Counted from the stretch's first letter, positions 18,700 through 28,522 are shown. The stretch: DNA of 64,000 nt from Candidatus Zixiibacteriota bacterium (GCA_050117845.1 JASFLY010000004.1:64001-128000), one strand, 5' to 3'. Made by a program: numbers and translations. The notes: generated by a model from the sequence alone, not told the origin.

Positions 18700-20907
18700 A
18701 TGCCGGCCGTCGTTTTCGGGTTTTGTCTGGGCGCCGGGGCCATCGTCGCCCAGCTCGAGCTGTTGCGGGAGTACCTCTCGCTCGGCGGCGGCAACGAGAT
18801 AGCCGTCGGCCTCACGCTGGCGGCCTGGCTCTCTGCCGGCGGCGTCGGCAGCCTTCTCGCGCCGCGGCTCGTGAAACCTTCGTGGGGTGCCGCCGCGGCC
18901 TCGTTCGTCGCCCTCGGTCTGGCGTACGCCTTCGGCCTGGGGCTCGTCTGGGGGGGCCGGGAGACCTTGGGCGCATCGCCCGGCGAGATAGTGGGCTGGC
19001 TCCACGCCTTCGGCTTCGCCTTCGCCGTCGTGGGGCCGGCGGCCTTCTTCGGCGGCGCGACCTTCGCGCTCGTGGCCGCGGCGGCCGGGAAAGGCCGGAC
19101 GGTGTACGTCGCGGAGGCGGCCGGGTCCTGCGTCGCCGGCCTTCTCCTCACGACCCTTTTATACCGTTGGATGACGCCGGCGCTTTCGGCCGGCGCGCTC
19201 TGTTTTTGCGCCGCGGCGGCGGCCGTGGCCGCTTCCCGGGGTAAGGGGCAGAGTAAGTCGGGCCGCGGGGCCGCAGTCGCGCTGGCGGCCCTGGCCTTCG
19301 CCGGCGGCGTCGCGCTGATACTCTTCCGGGGACCCTTGACCGAGCGCTGGTTCTTCGAGCGCTCCTTCCCGGGGGAGGAGGTCCTGGCGTACCGGACGTC
19401 GCCCTACGGCGCCATCGTCGCGACGGAACGGGCGGGTCAATATAGTTTATACGAGAACGGCCTGCTGGTAGCCTCGTACCCCGACCGCCTCTCGGCCGAG
19501 GAGACGGTCCACCCGGCGATGCTGCTCCGGCCGGAGGCGAAGCGCGTCATCCTCTTCGGCGGGGGCCTTTCGGGCGCGCCGGCCGAGTTCGACAAGTACC
19601 CGGCGGTGGAGGAGATAACGTACGTCGAGCTGGACGCCGCGCTGGTCGAGGCCGCGGCCGGGACCTACGACCCGGATATCCTCGCGGGAGGGCGTATCCG
19701 GCACGTCGCCGGGGACGGCCGTCTCTGGGCCCGGCGGCGGGCCAGGGATGGGGTCGGCGGGGCCGACGTAATAATAGTCGCGATGCCGGCGCCGGCCTCC
19801 GCCCAGGTCAACCGCTACTACACGCTCGAGTTCTACCGGGACGCGCGGGCGCTCCTGTCGCCCGGCGGCCTTCTGGCCGTGAGCGCCCCCGGCGCCGCCA
19901 ATTATTATACCCCCGAATTATCGGCCTTTTTGAGTTCGACGCGGGCGACGCTGGCGGCGGCCTTCCCGCACGTCGCCGCCCTGCCGGGGGAGAGATTCGT
20001 CTTCCTCGCCTCGGCGGAACCGATAGACGCCTCGCCGTCGGCCTACGGCCGGGCGCTGGGCCGGACCGGCATCCGCAACGATTACCTGACCGAGACGGAC
20101 TTCCGCTACCGCCTGACGCCGGACCGCCGGGCCGAGGCGGAGCGGGCCGTTTCGGCGGACGAACCGCCCAACGTCGACTTCAAACCGCGGGCCCTCTACT
20201 ACGGCCTGCTGCTCTGGTCGAGCCGCACAAGCGACGCCGGCCGGGCCCTTTTAACTGCCGCCCGGGGCCTCAGTTTATGGTATATTATCGGGTTCGCCGT
20301 GCTGGTCGCGGCGCCGTGGTTTATTTGGCGGCGGCGGCTCGCCGGCCGGCCGGCCGTGGGCCTCGCCGTCGTCGGCCAGGGGTTCGTCGAGGCCGCGCTC
20401 GAGGTCTTGATAATATTCGGATACCAGGTCGTCTACGGCGCGGCCTATCTCGAAATGGCCCTTATCTTCGGGGCCTTTATGGCCGGCCTGGCGGTGGGGG
20501 GACTATTGCCCCGAACCGGCGCGAGGACCCGAGGCCGCTCGCGGCTGGTCGACATCCTCGGCTATACGATAATTATCGCCTTCGCCCTGCCGCCCGTGTT
20601 CTACCTGTTGTCGCGCTGGCCTGGGGCCCCCGCCGTTCTGGTGCACCTTGTATTCGGCGGCGTGTCGTTCGCGGCGGGCCTCTGCGGCGGGGCGCAGTTC
20701 GTCGTGGCCCTGCGGACTTGGGGGGAGCGCGGGGCGGGAATACTCTACGGAATGGATATGCTCGGCTCGGCGGCGGGCGCGGTACTGGCCGCGGCGGCGC
20801 TGGTGCCGATTCTGGGAATAGGCCGGGCCGCGATGGCGGTGGCGGCGGTGGCCGCGGCGGCGATGGCGGCCGTGGCGGCGGCGCCCCGCGAGGCCGAAAA
20901 CCCGTAA
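18700..20907 (+). CDS. Membrane-fused spermidine-synthase-like (SAM-binding) protein
   Basis: Six to seven N-terminal TMs, SPYG, FGGGLSG, YVELD, DGR, NRYYTLEFY, C-terminal TM block with LYGMDMLGSAAG. AAGGA RBS before ATG 18700. Confidence 0.82.
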   Translation: MPAVVFGFCLGAGAIVAQLELLREYLSLGGGNEIAVGLTLAAWLSAGGVGSLLAPRLVKPSWGAAAASFVALGLAYAFGLGLVWGGRETLGASPGEIVGWLHAFGFAFAVVGPAAFFGGATFALVAAAAGKGRTVYVAEAAGSCVAGLLLTTLLYRWMTPALSAGALCFCAAAAAVAASRGKGQSKSGRGAAVALAALAFAGGVALILFRGPLTERWFFERSFPGEEVLAYRTSPYGAIVATERAGQYSLYENGLLVASYPDRLSAEETVHPAMLLRPEAKRVILFGGGLSGAPAEFDKYPAVEEITYVELDAALVEAAAGTYDPDILAGGRIRHVAGDGRLWARRRARDGVGGADVIIVAMPAPASAQVNRYYTLEFYRDARALLSPGGLLAVSAPGAANYYTPELSAFLSSTRATLAAAFPHVAALPGERFVFLASAEPIDASPSAYGRALGRTGIRNDYLTETDFRYRLTPDRRAEAERAVSADEPPNVDFKPRALYYGLLLWSSRTSDAGRALLTAARGLSLWYIIGFAVLVAAPWFIWRRRLAGRPAVGLAVVGQGFVEAALEVLIIFGYQVVYGAAYLEMALIFGAFMAGLAVGGLLPRTGARTRGRSRLVDILGYTIIIAFALPPVFYLLSRWPGAPAVLVHLVFGGVSFAAGLCGGAQFVVALRTWGERGAGILYGMDMLGSAAGAVLAAAALVPILGIGRAAMAVAAVAAAAMAAVAAAPREAENP

Positions 20908-20929
20908 CGTTTCAACTCGGGAGCACACG

Positions 20930-21523
20930 ATGGGAAACGCATTAGGCTCACTCGCATATCTCTGCGTCGGGACGCTCTTCGGCCTCGGCATGATGGCCCT
21001 TGTGGTAGTGGTCGCCCGGCGGCGCGCGGTCGTCGACGAAGCGCTTTGCAAAGCCTACGGGCCGCTCCACAACCTCCTGAGCGAGAACGTCGCCGCCCGG
21101 GCGAAGGTCGGCGAAATAGAGGACAAGCTGATGGAAAACTACGCCAGCGAGAGTTCTCCCTTCCCGCCGGAGGAGAAGAAGGCCGCGGCCGAAGCGTTCC
21201 TCGCGGCCGAGGTCAAAATCCTCGACGGCGTTATAAAACCCAACCGGGAACGCATGCGGGCGATAGTGGCCGAGTGGGGTCACTTCCTGCGCGACGACGA
21301 CTACCTCTCCCTGGCGGCCGAGCTGTCCCAGGCCACGACTTACCGGCTCCTTACCGAGGTCAGTATGCCCAAGACGCTACGGGGCGAGCGGCCTCCCGTC
21401 GAGAACGAGGCGCACGTCCTGGATCAAATCCGCGACACCTATCTGGACCTGAGCCGTGAACGCCGGGCCGGCTTCTTCCCGGCGGTCATGCGCGGCATCA
21501 AGTATTTGTTCACGAGCGAGTAA
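20930..21523 (+). CDS. Hypothetical protein with one N-terminal TM helix
   Basis: GGAG RBS, coding-like codon usage, fills the operon gap. Confidence 0.7.
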   Translation: MGNALGSLAYLCVGTLFGLGMMALVVVVARRRAVVDEALCKAYGPLHNLLSENVAARAKVGEIEDKLMENYASESSPFPPEEKKAAAEAFLAAEVKILDGVIKPNRERMRAIVAEWGHFLRDDDYLSLAAELSQATTYRLLTEVSMPKTLRGERPPVENEAHVLDQIRDTYLDLSRERRAGFFPAVMRGIKYLFTSE

Positions 21524-21525
21524 CG

Positions 21526-24219
21526 ATGGGAACCAAGACCGGCATTCTCTGGCATTCGCTTAACCCGGCCGGTGCGGCCGAGGAACTGGAAACCTCGACG
21601 CGGCGGGGCCTCACGGTGGAAGAGGCCGCGGCGCGCCTCTCGCGTTACGGCGCCAACGCGCTGGAACAGGTCGGCGCCCGAAACGGCCTTAAAATCTTCC
21701 TTTCGCAGTTCACCGAATTCCTGGTGCTCGTTCTGGTCGCGGCGTGTATCGTGTCGGCCTTTCTCGGCGAGTTCCTGGACGCCGGCGCCATCCTGGCCAT
21801 CGTTATCCTGAACGGCGTGCTCGGCTTCGTCCAGGAGTTCCGGGCGGAGAAATCGCTCCAGGCCCTGCGGGAGATGGCCGCCCCCCGGGCGGCCGTCGTG
21901 CGCGACGGCCGGGAAGAGGAGATAGACACCCGCGACGTCGTCCCCGGGGACCTCGTGCGCCTCCGGTCGGGGGACCGGATTCCCGCCGACCTCCGGCTGG
22001 TAGAGGGGCACAGTCTCCAAGTGGACGAGGCGGCGTTGACCGGGGAATCGCTCTCCGTGGAGAAGGACCCGCCGGAGGTCCTGGACGAGGACATGCCGCT
22101 GGCCGACCGCCGCAACATGGCCTACACCGGGACCGTGGTAACGTACGGCCGGGGCGACGGCGTAGTCGTCGCGACCGGCATGGACACCGAGCTGGGCCGC
22201 ATCGCCGCTATGGTGCAGGAGGTGGGGGGAGAGCAGACGCCCTTGCAGCAGCGCCTCGCCCGGTTGGGTAAGTTTTTGGTCTGGGCCGTACTCGCGCTCT
22301 GCGGCATTGTCTTCGCCGCCGGGATATGGCGGGGCGTCCCGGTCCACGAGATGTTCTTGACGGCGGTGTCGCTCGCCGTGGCCGCCATCCCCGAGGGCCT
22401 GCCGGCCGTCGTTACCATCGCGCTCGCGCTCGGCGTCCAGCGTATGGTCAAGCGGCACGCGCTCATCCGGCGACTCTCCTCGGTGGAGACGCTGGGCTCG
22501 ACCTCCGTCATATGCAGCGACAAGACGGGAACGTTAACCCAAAATAAAATGGTCGCCCGCCGGGCCTACGTCAACGGCCGGGAGCTGGCCCGCGACGAGT
22601 CGCCCGAGGACCTGAAGCCCCTACTCACGTCGGCCTTCATCTGCACCGAGGACTTCATCGGTGCCGCGACGACGGGGACCTGCGACCTGGAAGGCTCCCA
22701 CAGCACGCCCACCGAGGCCGCGCTCGTCGACGCCGCGCTGGCGGTGGGCGTGGACCCGACCGAACTCGTGTCCCTCTACGAGTTCGTGGACGAAGTGCCT
22801 TTCGATTCCCGGCGCAAGCGGATGACGGCGGTCTTCCGGCGCGAGGGCGCGCACATCGCGTTCACCAAGGGCGCGCCGGAAATCCTTCTCGAGCTGTGCT
22901 CGGCGTACGAGGACGGCGGGGAAGCGAGGCCGCTGACGCCCGAGAGCCGAGCCGCGCTCGAGGACGCCAACGCCGACCTCGCAGCCCGGGGCCTGCGCGT
23001 CATCGCCGTCGCTACGCGCGAACTCCCGGCCGAACTCGAAGTGTCCGACGAGGTCGAACGAGACCTGACCTTCGCCGGCTTCGTCGCCATCGAGGACCCG
23101 CCTCGGCCCGAGGTCTTCGAGGCCGTGCGGAAATGCCGGCTGGCCCACATCACGCCCATCATGGCGACGGGCGACCACCGGGCCACCGCCGCGGCCATCG
23201 CGCGCGAAGTGGACATCCTCCGCGAGGGCAACACCGTCCTCACGGGGCGCGACATCGACGAGCTGTCCGACGAGGGGTTAATCGACGAACTCGAGGACGC
23301 CCGCGTCCTGGCCCGGGTTACCCCCGAGCACAAGCTCCGCGTCGTGCGCGCGCTGCGGGCCCGCGGCGCCGTGGTGGCGATGACCGGCGACGGCGTCAAC
23401 GACGCCCCGGCCCTCAAGGAGTCCGACATCGGCGTGGCCATGGGCATCACCGGCACCGACGTCTCCAAAGAGGCGTCGGACATGATCCTGACCGACGACA
23501 ACTTCGCGACCATCGTCGCCGCGGTGGAAGAGGGGCGGAGTATATATTCCAATATAAAGAAATTCATTCACTTCCTGTTGTCGTGCAATACCTCCGAAAT
23601 CCTCGTCATGTTCATCGCGACGCTGGCCGGCTGGCCGTTGCCGCTCCTGCCCATCCAGATACTGTGGGTCAACCTTATAACCGACGGCGCGCCGGCGTTG
23701 GCGCTGGGCGTAGACCCGCCGGAGGTGGGCCTGCTCCTCAAGCCGCCCCGGCCCAAGAGCGCCTTCCTCTTCGACCGGCACGACCTGCGCCTCATCCCCG
23801 TTCAAGGGTTCATGATAGCGGCGGCGACGCTCGGCTCCTTCCTCCTGGTCCTCTACGTCTTCGACGAGGGCCTGGCGACCGCCCGCACGTTTGCCTTCTC
23901 GGTCCTGACGCTTAGCCAGCTCGCCCACGCGCTGAACTGCCGGAGCCAGACGCGGTCCTTCTTCGCGCTCGGGCCGTTCTCGAACCCGTGGCTTCTGGCC
24001 GCCGTCGGCTTCTCCTTACTCCTGCACCTGGGCGTCGTATACCTCCCGTTCCTGGAGCCGATATTCCACACCGTGCCGCTGTCGGTCCGGGACTGGGCGT
24101 TGATGCTCGCGTTCTCGGCGCTGCCGCTCGTCTTCATGGAAATCTACAAGCCGGTCTACGCGCTCTTCAAGCGCATCCGCCGCGAGCCCGAGGACTATTT
24201 CGGCGTTTTCCCGGAATAG
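21526..24219 (+). CDS. P-type IIA cation (Ca2+)-transporting ATPase
   Basis: TGES, IPEGLP, SDKTGT, KGAPE, TGD, MTGDGVNDAPAL, QILWVNLITD. Confidence 0.95.
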   Translation: MGTKTGILWHSLNPAGAAEELETSTRRGLTVEEAAARLSRYGANALEQVGARNGLKIFLSQFTEFLVLVLVAACIVSAFLGEFLDAGAILAIVILNGVLGFVQEFRAEKSLQALREMAAPRAAVVRDGREEEIDTRDVVPGDLVRLRSGDRIPADLRLVEGHSLQVDEAALTGESLSVEKDPPEVLDEDMPLADRRNMAYTGTVVTYGRGDGVVVATGMDTELGRIAAMVQEVGGEQTPLQQRLARLGKFLVWAVLALCGIVFAAGIWRGVPVHEMFLTAVSLAVAAIPEGLPAVVTIALALGVQRMVKRHALIRRLSSVETLGSTSVICSDKTGTLTQNKMVARRAYVNGRELARDESPEDLKPLLTSAFICTEDFIGAATTGTCDLEGSHSTPTEAALVDAALAVGVDPTELVSLYEFVDEVPFDSRRKRMTAVFRREGAHIAFTKGAPEILLELCSAYEDGGEARPLTPESRAALEDANADLAARGLRVIAVATRELPAELEVSDEVERDLTFAGFVAIEDPPRPEVFEAVRKCRLAHITPIMATGDHRATAAAIAREVDILREGNTVLTGRDIDELSDEGLIDELEDARVLARVTPEHKLRVVRALRARGAVVAMTGDGVNDAPALKESDIGVAMGITGTDVSKEASDMILTDDNFATIVAAVEEGRSIYSNIKKFIHFLLSCNTSEILVMFIATLAGWPLPLLPIQILWVNLITDGAPALALGVDPPEVGLLLKPPRPKSAFLFDRHDLRLIPVQGFMIAAATLGSFLLVLYVFDEGLATARTFAFSVLTLSQLAHALNCRSQTRSFFALGPFSNPWLLAAVGFSLLLHLGVVYLPFLEPIFHTVPLSVRDWALMLAFSALPLVFMEIYKPVYALFKRIRREPEDYFGVFPE

Positions 24220-24250
24220 TTGCTTTACGGCGCGCCGGAGGGTATAATAC

Positions 24251-24820
24251 GTGGGTACCCGGTGGTTTAAAAGGTCGCGGCACTCCCGGCCCCGGAATTT
24301 CTTGCAACGTTTGGGCCGGCTGGGCCGTCTCTTATATGTCCGCGTCGTCCGAATAAACGCGTCGCCGCATCAGGTGGCGTCGGGCGTCGCGGTCGGGGTG
24401 TGGCTGGGGGTATTTCCCACCTTCGGCCTGGCCGCTCCGGTGGCGTACGTCCTGGCCTGGATTTTCCGCTTCAACAAGGCCGGCGCGCTGGCGGGTTCGG
24501 CTATCATGAACCCCATAACTTCCCCCTTCTTCTGGGCCCTGTCCGCCATGCTGGGCGCGGCCTTCACCGGTACGGATTGGCGTTTGATATACGATCAGGT
24601 CCGCGACGAGGGCTACGTGTGGGCTTTTTCGCGGACGACGTATATGTATTTAATAGGCAATTTGATAATCGCGACGGCGGCGGCGGCGTTGTGCTACGTC
24701 GGCGCGTACTTCGCGGTGCGGGCGCGGCAGAGACGCCGTTTGGCCCGGCGCCTCGAGTGCGCGGAGGCCGGCGCCGGTCGGGAAAGTAAATCCGAAGGAG
24801 AGATTAAGTTTGAAGAATAA
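24251..24820 (+). CDS. DUF2062-family membrane protein
   Basis: SPHQVASGVAVGVWLGVFPTFG, FRFNK, NPIT.PF. Start codon uncertain. Confidence 0.82.
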   Translation: MGTRWFKRSRHSRPRNFLQRLGRLGRLLYVRVVRINASPHQVASGVAVGVWLGVFPTFGLAAPVAYVLAWIFRFNKAGALAGSAIMNPITSPFFWALSAMLGAAFTGTDWRLIYDQVRDEGYVWAFSRTTYMYLIGNLIIATAAAALCYVGAYFAVRARQRRRLARRLECAEAGAGRESKSEGEIKFEE

Positions 24821-26282
24821 AATAATCGTTTTGGCAATCGCGGCGCTCCTCGCGGCGGCCGCCGGGGCGAGCGACGTCGCGGTCAAGCGCCCGTGGGCGG
24901 CCCGGGAGGACGTGGCCGCGGGTGTCGTTTCGGCCGGGGCCGACCAGGCGGGCCTCGCCGAAGCCATCCAGGACATCTACGTGGACGGCTCGGACGTGTG
25001 GGTCGCCACCATCAACGGCCTGGGCCGTACGAACGACTACGGCATGACCTGGCGCAATTACTTCAGGGGCGAGATGACGACGCCCACCGACGACGTGGTG
25101 GCGGCCGCGGCGCGCGACGGCGACATCTGGGCCTCCTGCATCGAGATAGTAACGGAGTCTTTCGAAACACATTTCTACGGCCGGGGCCTGGCGCACTACG
25201 ACTCCTCCGCCGGCCGTTGGTTCGTTTACGGCAAGGCGCCCGACAAGGGCGGCCTTCCGGTAGACGGCGAATACGAACTAGCCTGGGACGTTATAATCGA
25301 CGACGAGGGGGTGGTGTGGGTGGCCCTCTGGAACGGCGGTATCGGCAAGTCCGAGGACAACGGCCGGACCTGGGAGGTAATCAAACCCGTCGCCGGCCCG
25401 GGCGAGGAGAGCACCCATATTTACTCCCTGGCCAAGCGCGGCGACCTCATATGGGCCGCCGCGGAACTCGATTCCAGTACGGGGGCGAATATATTAACCG
25501 GCGCGTTCAAGTCCGAGGACAACGGCGAAACCTGGTCCTATTACGGCCTCCAGCACGGCGTTAACGGCCTGTGCGCGGTGGTGGACATCCAGCCGGCCCC
25601 CGGGCGCGACATCGTCTGGGTGGGAACGGCTCCCGCCGACGCTTCCGGCCCCGGCCACGGCGTCTTCAAGTCCGAGGACGGCGGCGCCACCTGGGTCAAC
25701 TACGACGCCGGCAGCGGCCTGGCCCAGCCCACGGTTTACGCCTTCGACTCGGCGGGGACCTGGGCCTGGGCGGGGACCTACGACGGCGTGGACCGCACCG
25801 GCGACTACGGCGATTCGTGGAACAACGCCGGGACGGGCGACGGCCTGCCGTGGTATCAGATAAACGTGCTAACGGCGGCCTCCGAGGCCGAGGTCTGGGC
25901 CGGGACCGATCTGGGCGTGGGGTACTCCAGCGACGGCGGCGTCACCTGGCGCGAGATAGAACTCACGCCGGCGGCCGGCCGCATCGACCTGAGGCCGGCG
26001 TTCGCGTTCCCCAGCCCCTTCGCCCAGGAGCGGGACGGCCGGGTGACCTTCCGCTACGGCCTGGCGACCGGCGGCAACGTCACGCTGGACGTTTACGACT
26101 TCGCCGGGCGGCGCGTCAAGCGCGTCGTGGATAACGAGTACCGCGGCCCCGGCGACCGCATCGACGAGTATTGGAACGGCCTGCGCGACGACGGCATCGA
26201 CGCGGCCAACGGCGTGTACTTCTTCATAATCCAAGTCGACGGCAACGTGGCGGCGGATGGCAAATTCGTCGTCCTAAACTAA
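24810..26282 (+). CDS. Secreted Asp-box (BNR) beta-propeller protein with FlgD-Ig / T9SS type-A CTD-like C-terminal domain
   Basis: Signal peptide; six S/T-x-D-x-G-x-T/S-W boxes; tail FPSPF...VTLDVYDFAGRRV...WNG...NGVYF...KFVVLN. Confidence 0.8.
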   Translation: MKNKIIVLAIAALLAAAAGASDVAVKRPWAAREDVAAGVVSAGADQAGLAEAIQDIYVDGSDVWVATINGLGRTNDYGMTWRNYFRGEMTTPTDDVVAAAARDGDIWASCIEIVTESFETHFYGRGLAHYDSSAGRWFVYGKAPDKGGLPVDGEYELAWDVIIDDEGVVWVALWNGGIGKSEDNGRTWEVIKPVAGPGEESTHIYSLAKRGDLIWAAAELDSSTGANILTGAFKSEDNGETWSYYGLQHGVNGLCAVVDIQPAPGRDIVWVGTAPADASGPGHGVFKSEDGGATWVNYDAGSGLAQPTVYAFDSAGTWAWAGTYDGVDRTGDYGDSWNNAGTGDGLPWYQINVLTAASEAEVWAGTDLGVGYSSDGGVTWREIELTPAAGRIDLRPAFAFPSPFAQERDGRVTFRYGLATGGNVTLDVYDFAGRRVKRVVDNEYRGPGDRIDEYWNGLRDDGIDAANGVYFFIIQVDGNVAADGKFVVLN

Positions 26283-26300
26283 GGAAGGGAGGGGCCGAGC

Positions 26301-27215
26301 ATGAGAAGGGGATTTATAGCAGTATTCGCGTTTGTCGCCGCCGTTTCGGGGCCCGGAACGGCCGCGGCCGCTGACGACGGCGGCCTCCCGGCGGCCTTCG
26401 CGCTTATGGCCGGCGACGGCCGGACCCTCGGACTGGGCGGCGCCGGCGTGACGCTGGGCGGCCTCAATGCGCTCTACTACAACCCGGCGGGGCTGGCGGC
26501 TCTGGATAAGGACAACATAAGCTCAACCTACCGGGCGCTTTCGATGGACCGGCGCATCGTCGAGGTCGGTTACGGCCGGCCCATCATCGGCGACGCCGGC
26601 ATCGGCATAACCTGGACCAACGCCACGGTGGACGACCTGGTCGGCACCAATTACGCCGGGAACCCCACCGAGGAATTGACGAATTCGCAGAACATGTTCG
26701 TCTTCGGCTTCGGCCGGCCGGTGGTGCTGGACTGGATCCACGCCGGCGCGGCGGGACGGCTCTACTACTCCGCGATCGAGGAGGGCCGCGCTTCCGGTTA
26801 CGGCCTGGACGCCGGCGTGCAGGTCACGCCGTGGGAATGGCTTACGGCGGCGGCGGCCGCGCGCGACATAGCGACGAGGGTGCGGTGGGAGAATACGGTC
26901 ACTTCGCCCAACTACGTGGAGGAGGTGCCCATGCGGGGCCTCTTCGGCGTGGCCGTTCGGCCCTGGCCCGAGCTTCAACTCGTCGTGCAAAGCGACGTCG
27001 GCGAGAACGAGGACTGGCGCGTCCGCGGCGGCGGCGAGTACTGGGTCGACGAGCGGGTGGCGCTGCGCGCCGGCTACGGCGACGAGGCGCCCACCTTCGG
27101 CGCTACGGTGCTCTTGCCCCGGGGCGGCTTCACGGTGGCCTTCGATTACGCCTACGTCGAGGAGAAGTTCACCGCCTCGTCTGCGCATACGGTCTCGCTG
27201 GGCCTTACGTTCTAA
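26301..27215 (+). CDS. PorV/PorQ (UPF0164)-like outer-membrane beta-barrel
   Basis: Signal peptide, GRTLGLGGA, ALYYNPAGLA, GLDAG, GGEYW, LRAGY, FDYAY, HTVSLGLTF terminus. Confidence 0.82.
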   Translation: MRRGFIAVFAFVAAVSGPGTAAAADDGGLPAAFALMAGDGRTLGLGGAGVTLGGLNALYYNPAGLAALDKDNISSTYRALSMDRRIVEVGYGRPIIGDAGIGITWTNATVDDLVGTNYAGNPTEELTNSQNMFVFGFGRPVVLDWIHAGAAGRLYYSAIEEGRASGYGLDAGVQVTPWEWLTAAAAARDIATRVRWENTVTSPNYVEEVPMRGLFGVAVRPWPELQLVVQSDVGENEDWRVRGGGEYWVDERVALRAGYGDEAPTFGATVLLPRGGFTVAFDYAYVEEKFTASSAHTVSLGLTF

Positions 27216-27235
27216 TACGTCCCGGAACCGAAATT

Positions 27236-27264
27236 AAAAAGCCGGCCCTCGGGCCGGCTTTTTT
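27236..27264. terminator. Bidirectional intrinsic terminator
   Basis: AAAAAGCCGGCCC-TC-GGGCCGGCTTTTTT between convergent genes. Confidence 0.85.
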
Positions 27265-27285
27265 GTTCGCGAGATCGGAATGCCG

Positions 27286-27531
27286 CTAGGAGGAGAAGCC
27301 GCCCGAAATGCCGACGAGGCTGAATACGCCGAGGAAGTAGAGGACGTAGCACAGGCAGCACGCCACCACGGCGGAGGCCGCCGCGATGATGGCGTTCCGG
27401 CCGAACTTCTTGCAGTCGGGGTCGGGCTTGCCGAGGTATATGGCGCCGATGATGATACCGGCGAGCGGCACGATGAAAGAGATTACGTAGAAGAGCCACT
27501 TTGGCTCGGGGGGCTTATCGCCGTTACTCAT
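27286..27531 (-). CDS. Small 2-TM membrane protein, array member A (81 aa)
   Basis: KPPEPKWLFYVISFIVPLAGII..IYLGKPDPDCKKFGRNA; one of seven paralogs. Confidence 0.85.
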   Translation of the reverse strand: MSNGDKPPEPKWLFYVISFIVPLAGIIIGAIYLGKPDPDCKKFGRNAIIAAASAVVACCLCYVLYFLGVFSLVGISGGFSS

Positions 27532-27697
27532 AACGCACCATCCTTGGGACTATCGTTTGAACGTTGGGGGGCGTCCCGGGCGCACGCGCGGCCCTCCCAA
27601 ACCTCGGGTTTGTTAGTCCGCCGGAGCGGAAGACATCCCCCGCAAGACGCATCCTTCGGCCACCCGGCCGAGCGATCGCAATCCACCTTATATTAGT

Positions 27698-27928
27698 CTA
27701 ACTTATATAAGCTATAAAACCGCCGACGAGTATAATAATAACACAACCGATCGCCGACATGAGTAAGCTAATCAACGCGATGATGAGACAGTTCCTGCCG
27801 AAGACCTTGGCCTCCGGCTCCGGCTTCGACATGTACACTATCGCGAAGATAATGCCCAGCGTCGATATAAAGTAAGATAAAATGTACCACAGAAGTTCCG
27901 GTTTCGGAGTAGCGTTGCCGTTCGCCAT
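27698..27928 (-). CDS. Small 2-TM membrane protein, array member B (76 aa)
   Basis: PKPELLWYILSY...VYMSKPEPEAKVFGRNCLI; GGGAG RBS. Confidence 0.85.
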   Translation of the reverse strand: MANGNATPKPELLWYILSYFISTLGIIFAIVYMSKPEPEAKVFGRNCLIIALISLLMSAIGCVIIILVGGFIAYIS

Positions 27929-27985
27929 ATGCCGTAGCTCCCTTTAAGTAGCACACTCGTCCGGCCGCCCTGGCTACGTATTTTC

Positions 27986-28216
27986 CTAACTAACGATATA
28001 TACCAAAGCGCCTATGATTATCAGGAAGATACAACCCACCAGCGACATCGTCAGCTTCGCTACCGTTATGATGAGGCAATTTCTCCCGAAGGTTTGGGCC
28101 TCCGGCTCCGGCTTCGACATGTACACTATCGCGAAGATTATACCCAGAATCGTTATGAAGAAAGATAAAATGTACCACAGAAGTTCCGGTTTCGGAGTAG
28201 CGTCGCCGTTCGCCAT
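27986..28216 (-). CDS. Small 2-TM membrane protein, array member C (76 aa)
   Basis: PKPELLWYILSF...VYMSKPEPEAQTFGRNCLI; GGGAG RBS. Confidence 0.85.
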   Translation of the reverse strand: MANGDATPKPELLWYILSFFITILGIIFAIVYMSKPEPEAQTFGRNCLIITVAKLTMSLVGCIFLIIIGALVYIVS

Positions 28217-28300
28217 AGGCCGTTTCTCCCCATTGGTAGCACACCCGTCCGCCTATTAAACCCCGGCCGGCGCGGGGTAATGTCTCCATCTCGTTAAATT

Positions 28301-28522
28301 CTAACACACGAAAACGCCCACGGCTAAAAGAAAAACGCAACCGAGGGTCGCCATGACAAGGCCCACGAGCGTGAAGATGAGGCAGTTTTTGCCGAAGGCC
28401 TTGGCTTCCGGCTCGGCCTTCGACATGTATACCAGAGCCAGGATTAACCCGAGTAAGGGGAAGAATATAGACAAAATAATCCATAAAGTCTCCGGCTTCG
28501 GAGTGGCGTTGCCGTTTGTCAT
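28301..28522 (-). CDS. Small 2-TM membrane protein, array member D (73 aa)
   Basis: PKPETLWIILSIFFPLLG...VYMSKAEPEAKAFGKNCLI; AAGGGAG RBS. Confidence 0.85.
   Translation of the reverse strand: MTNGNATPKPETLWIILSIFFPLLGLILALVYMSKAEPEAKAFGKNCLIFTLVGLVMATLGCVFLLAVGVFVC

Noticed and set aside
21470..21523. C-terminus PAVMRGIKYLFTSE resembling the SLGxIKxLF tag
   Set aside because: Lacks SLG, is not flush with the stop, and the protein has a TM anchor rather than a cleavable signal peptide.
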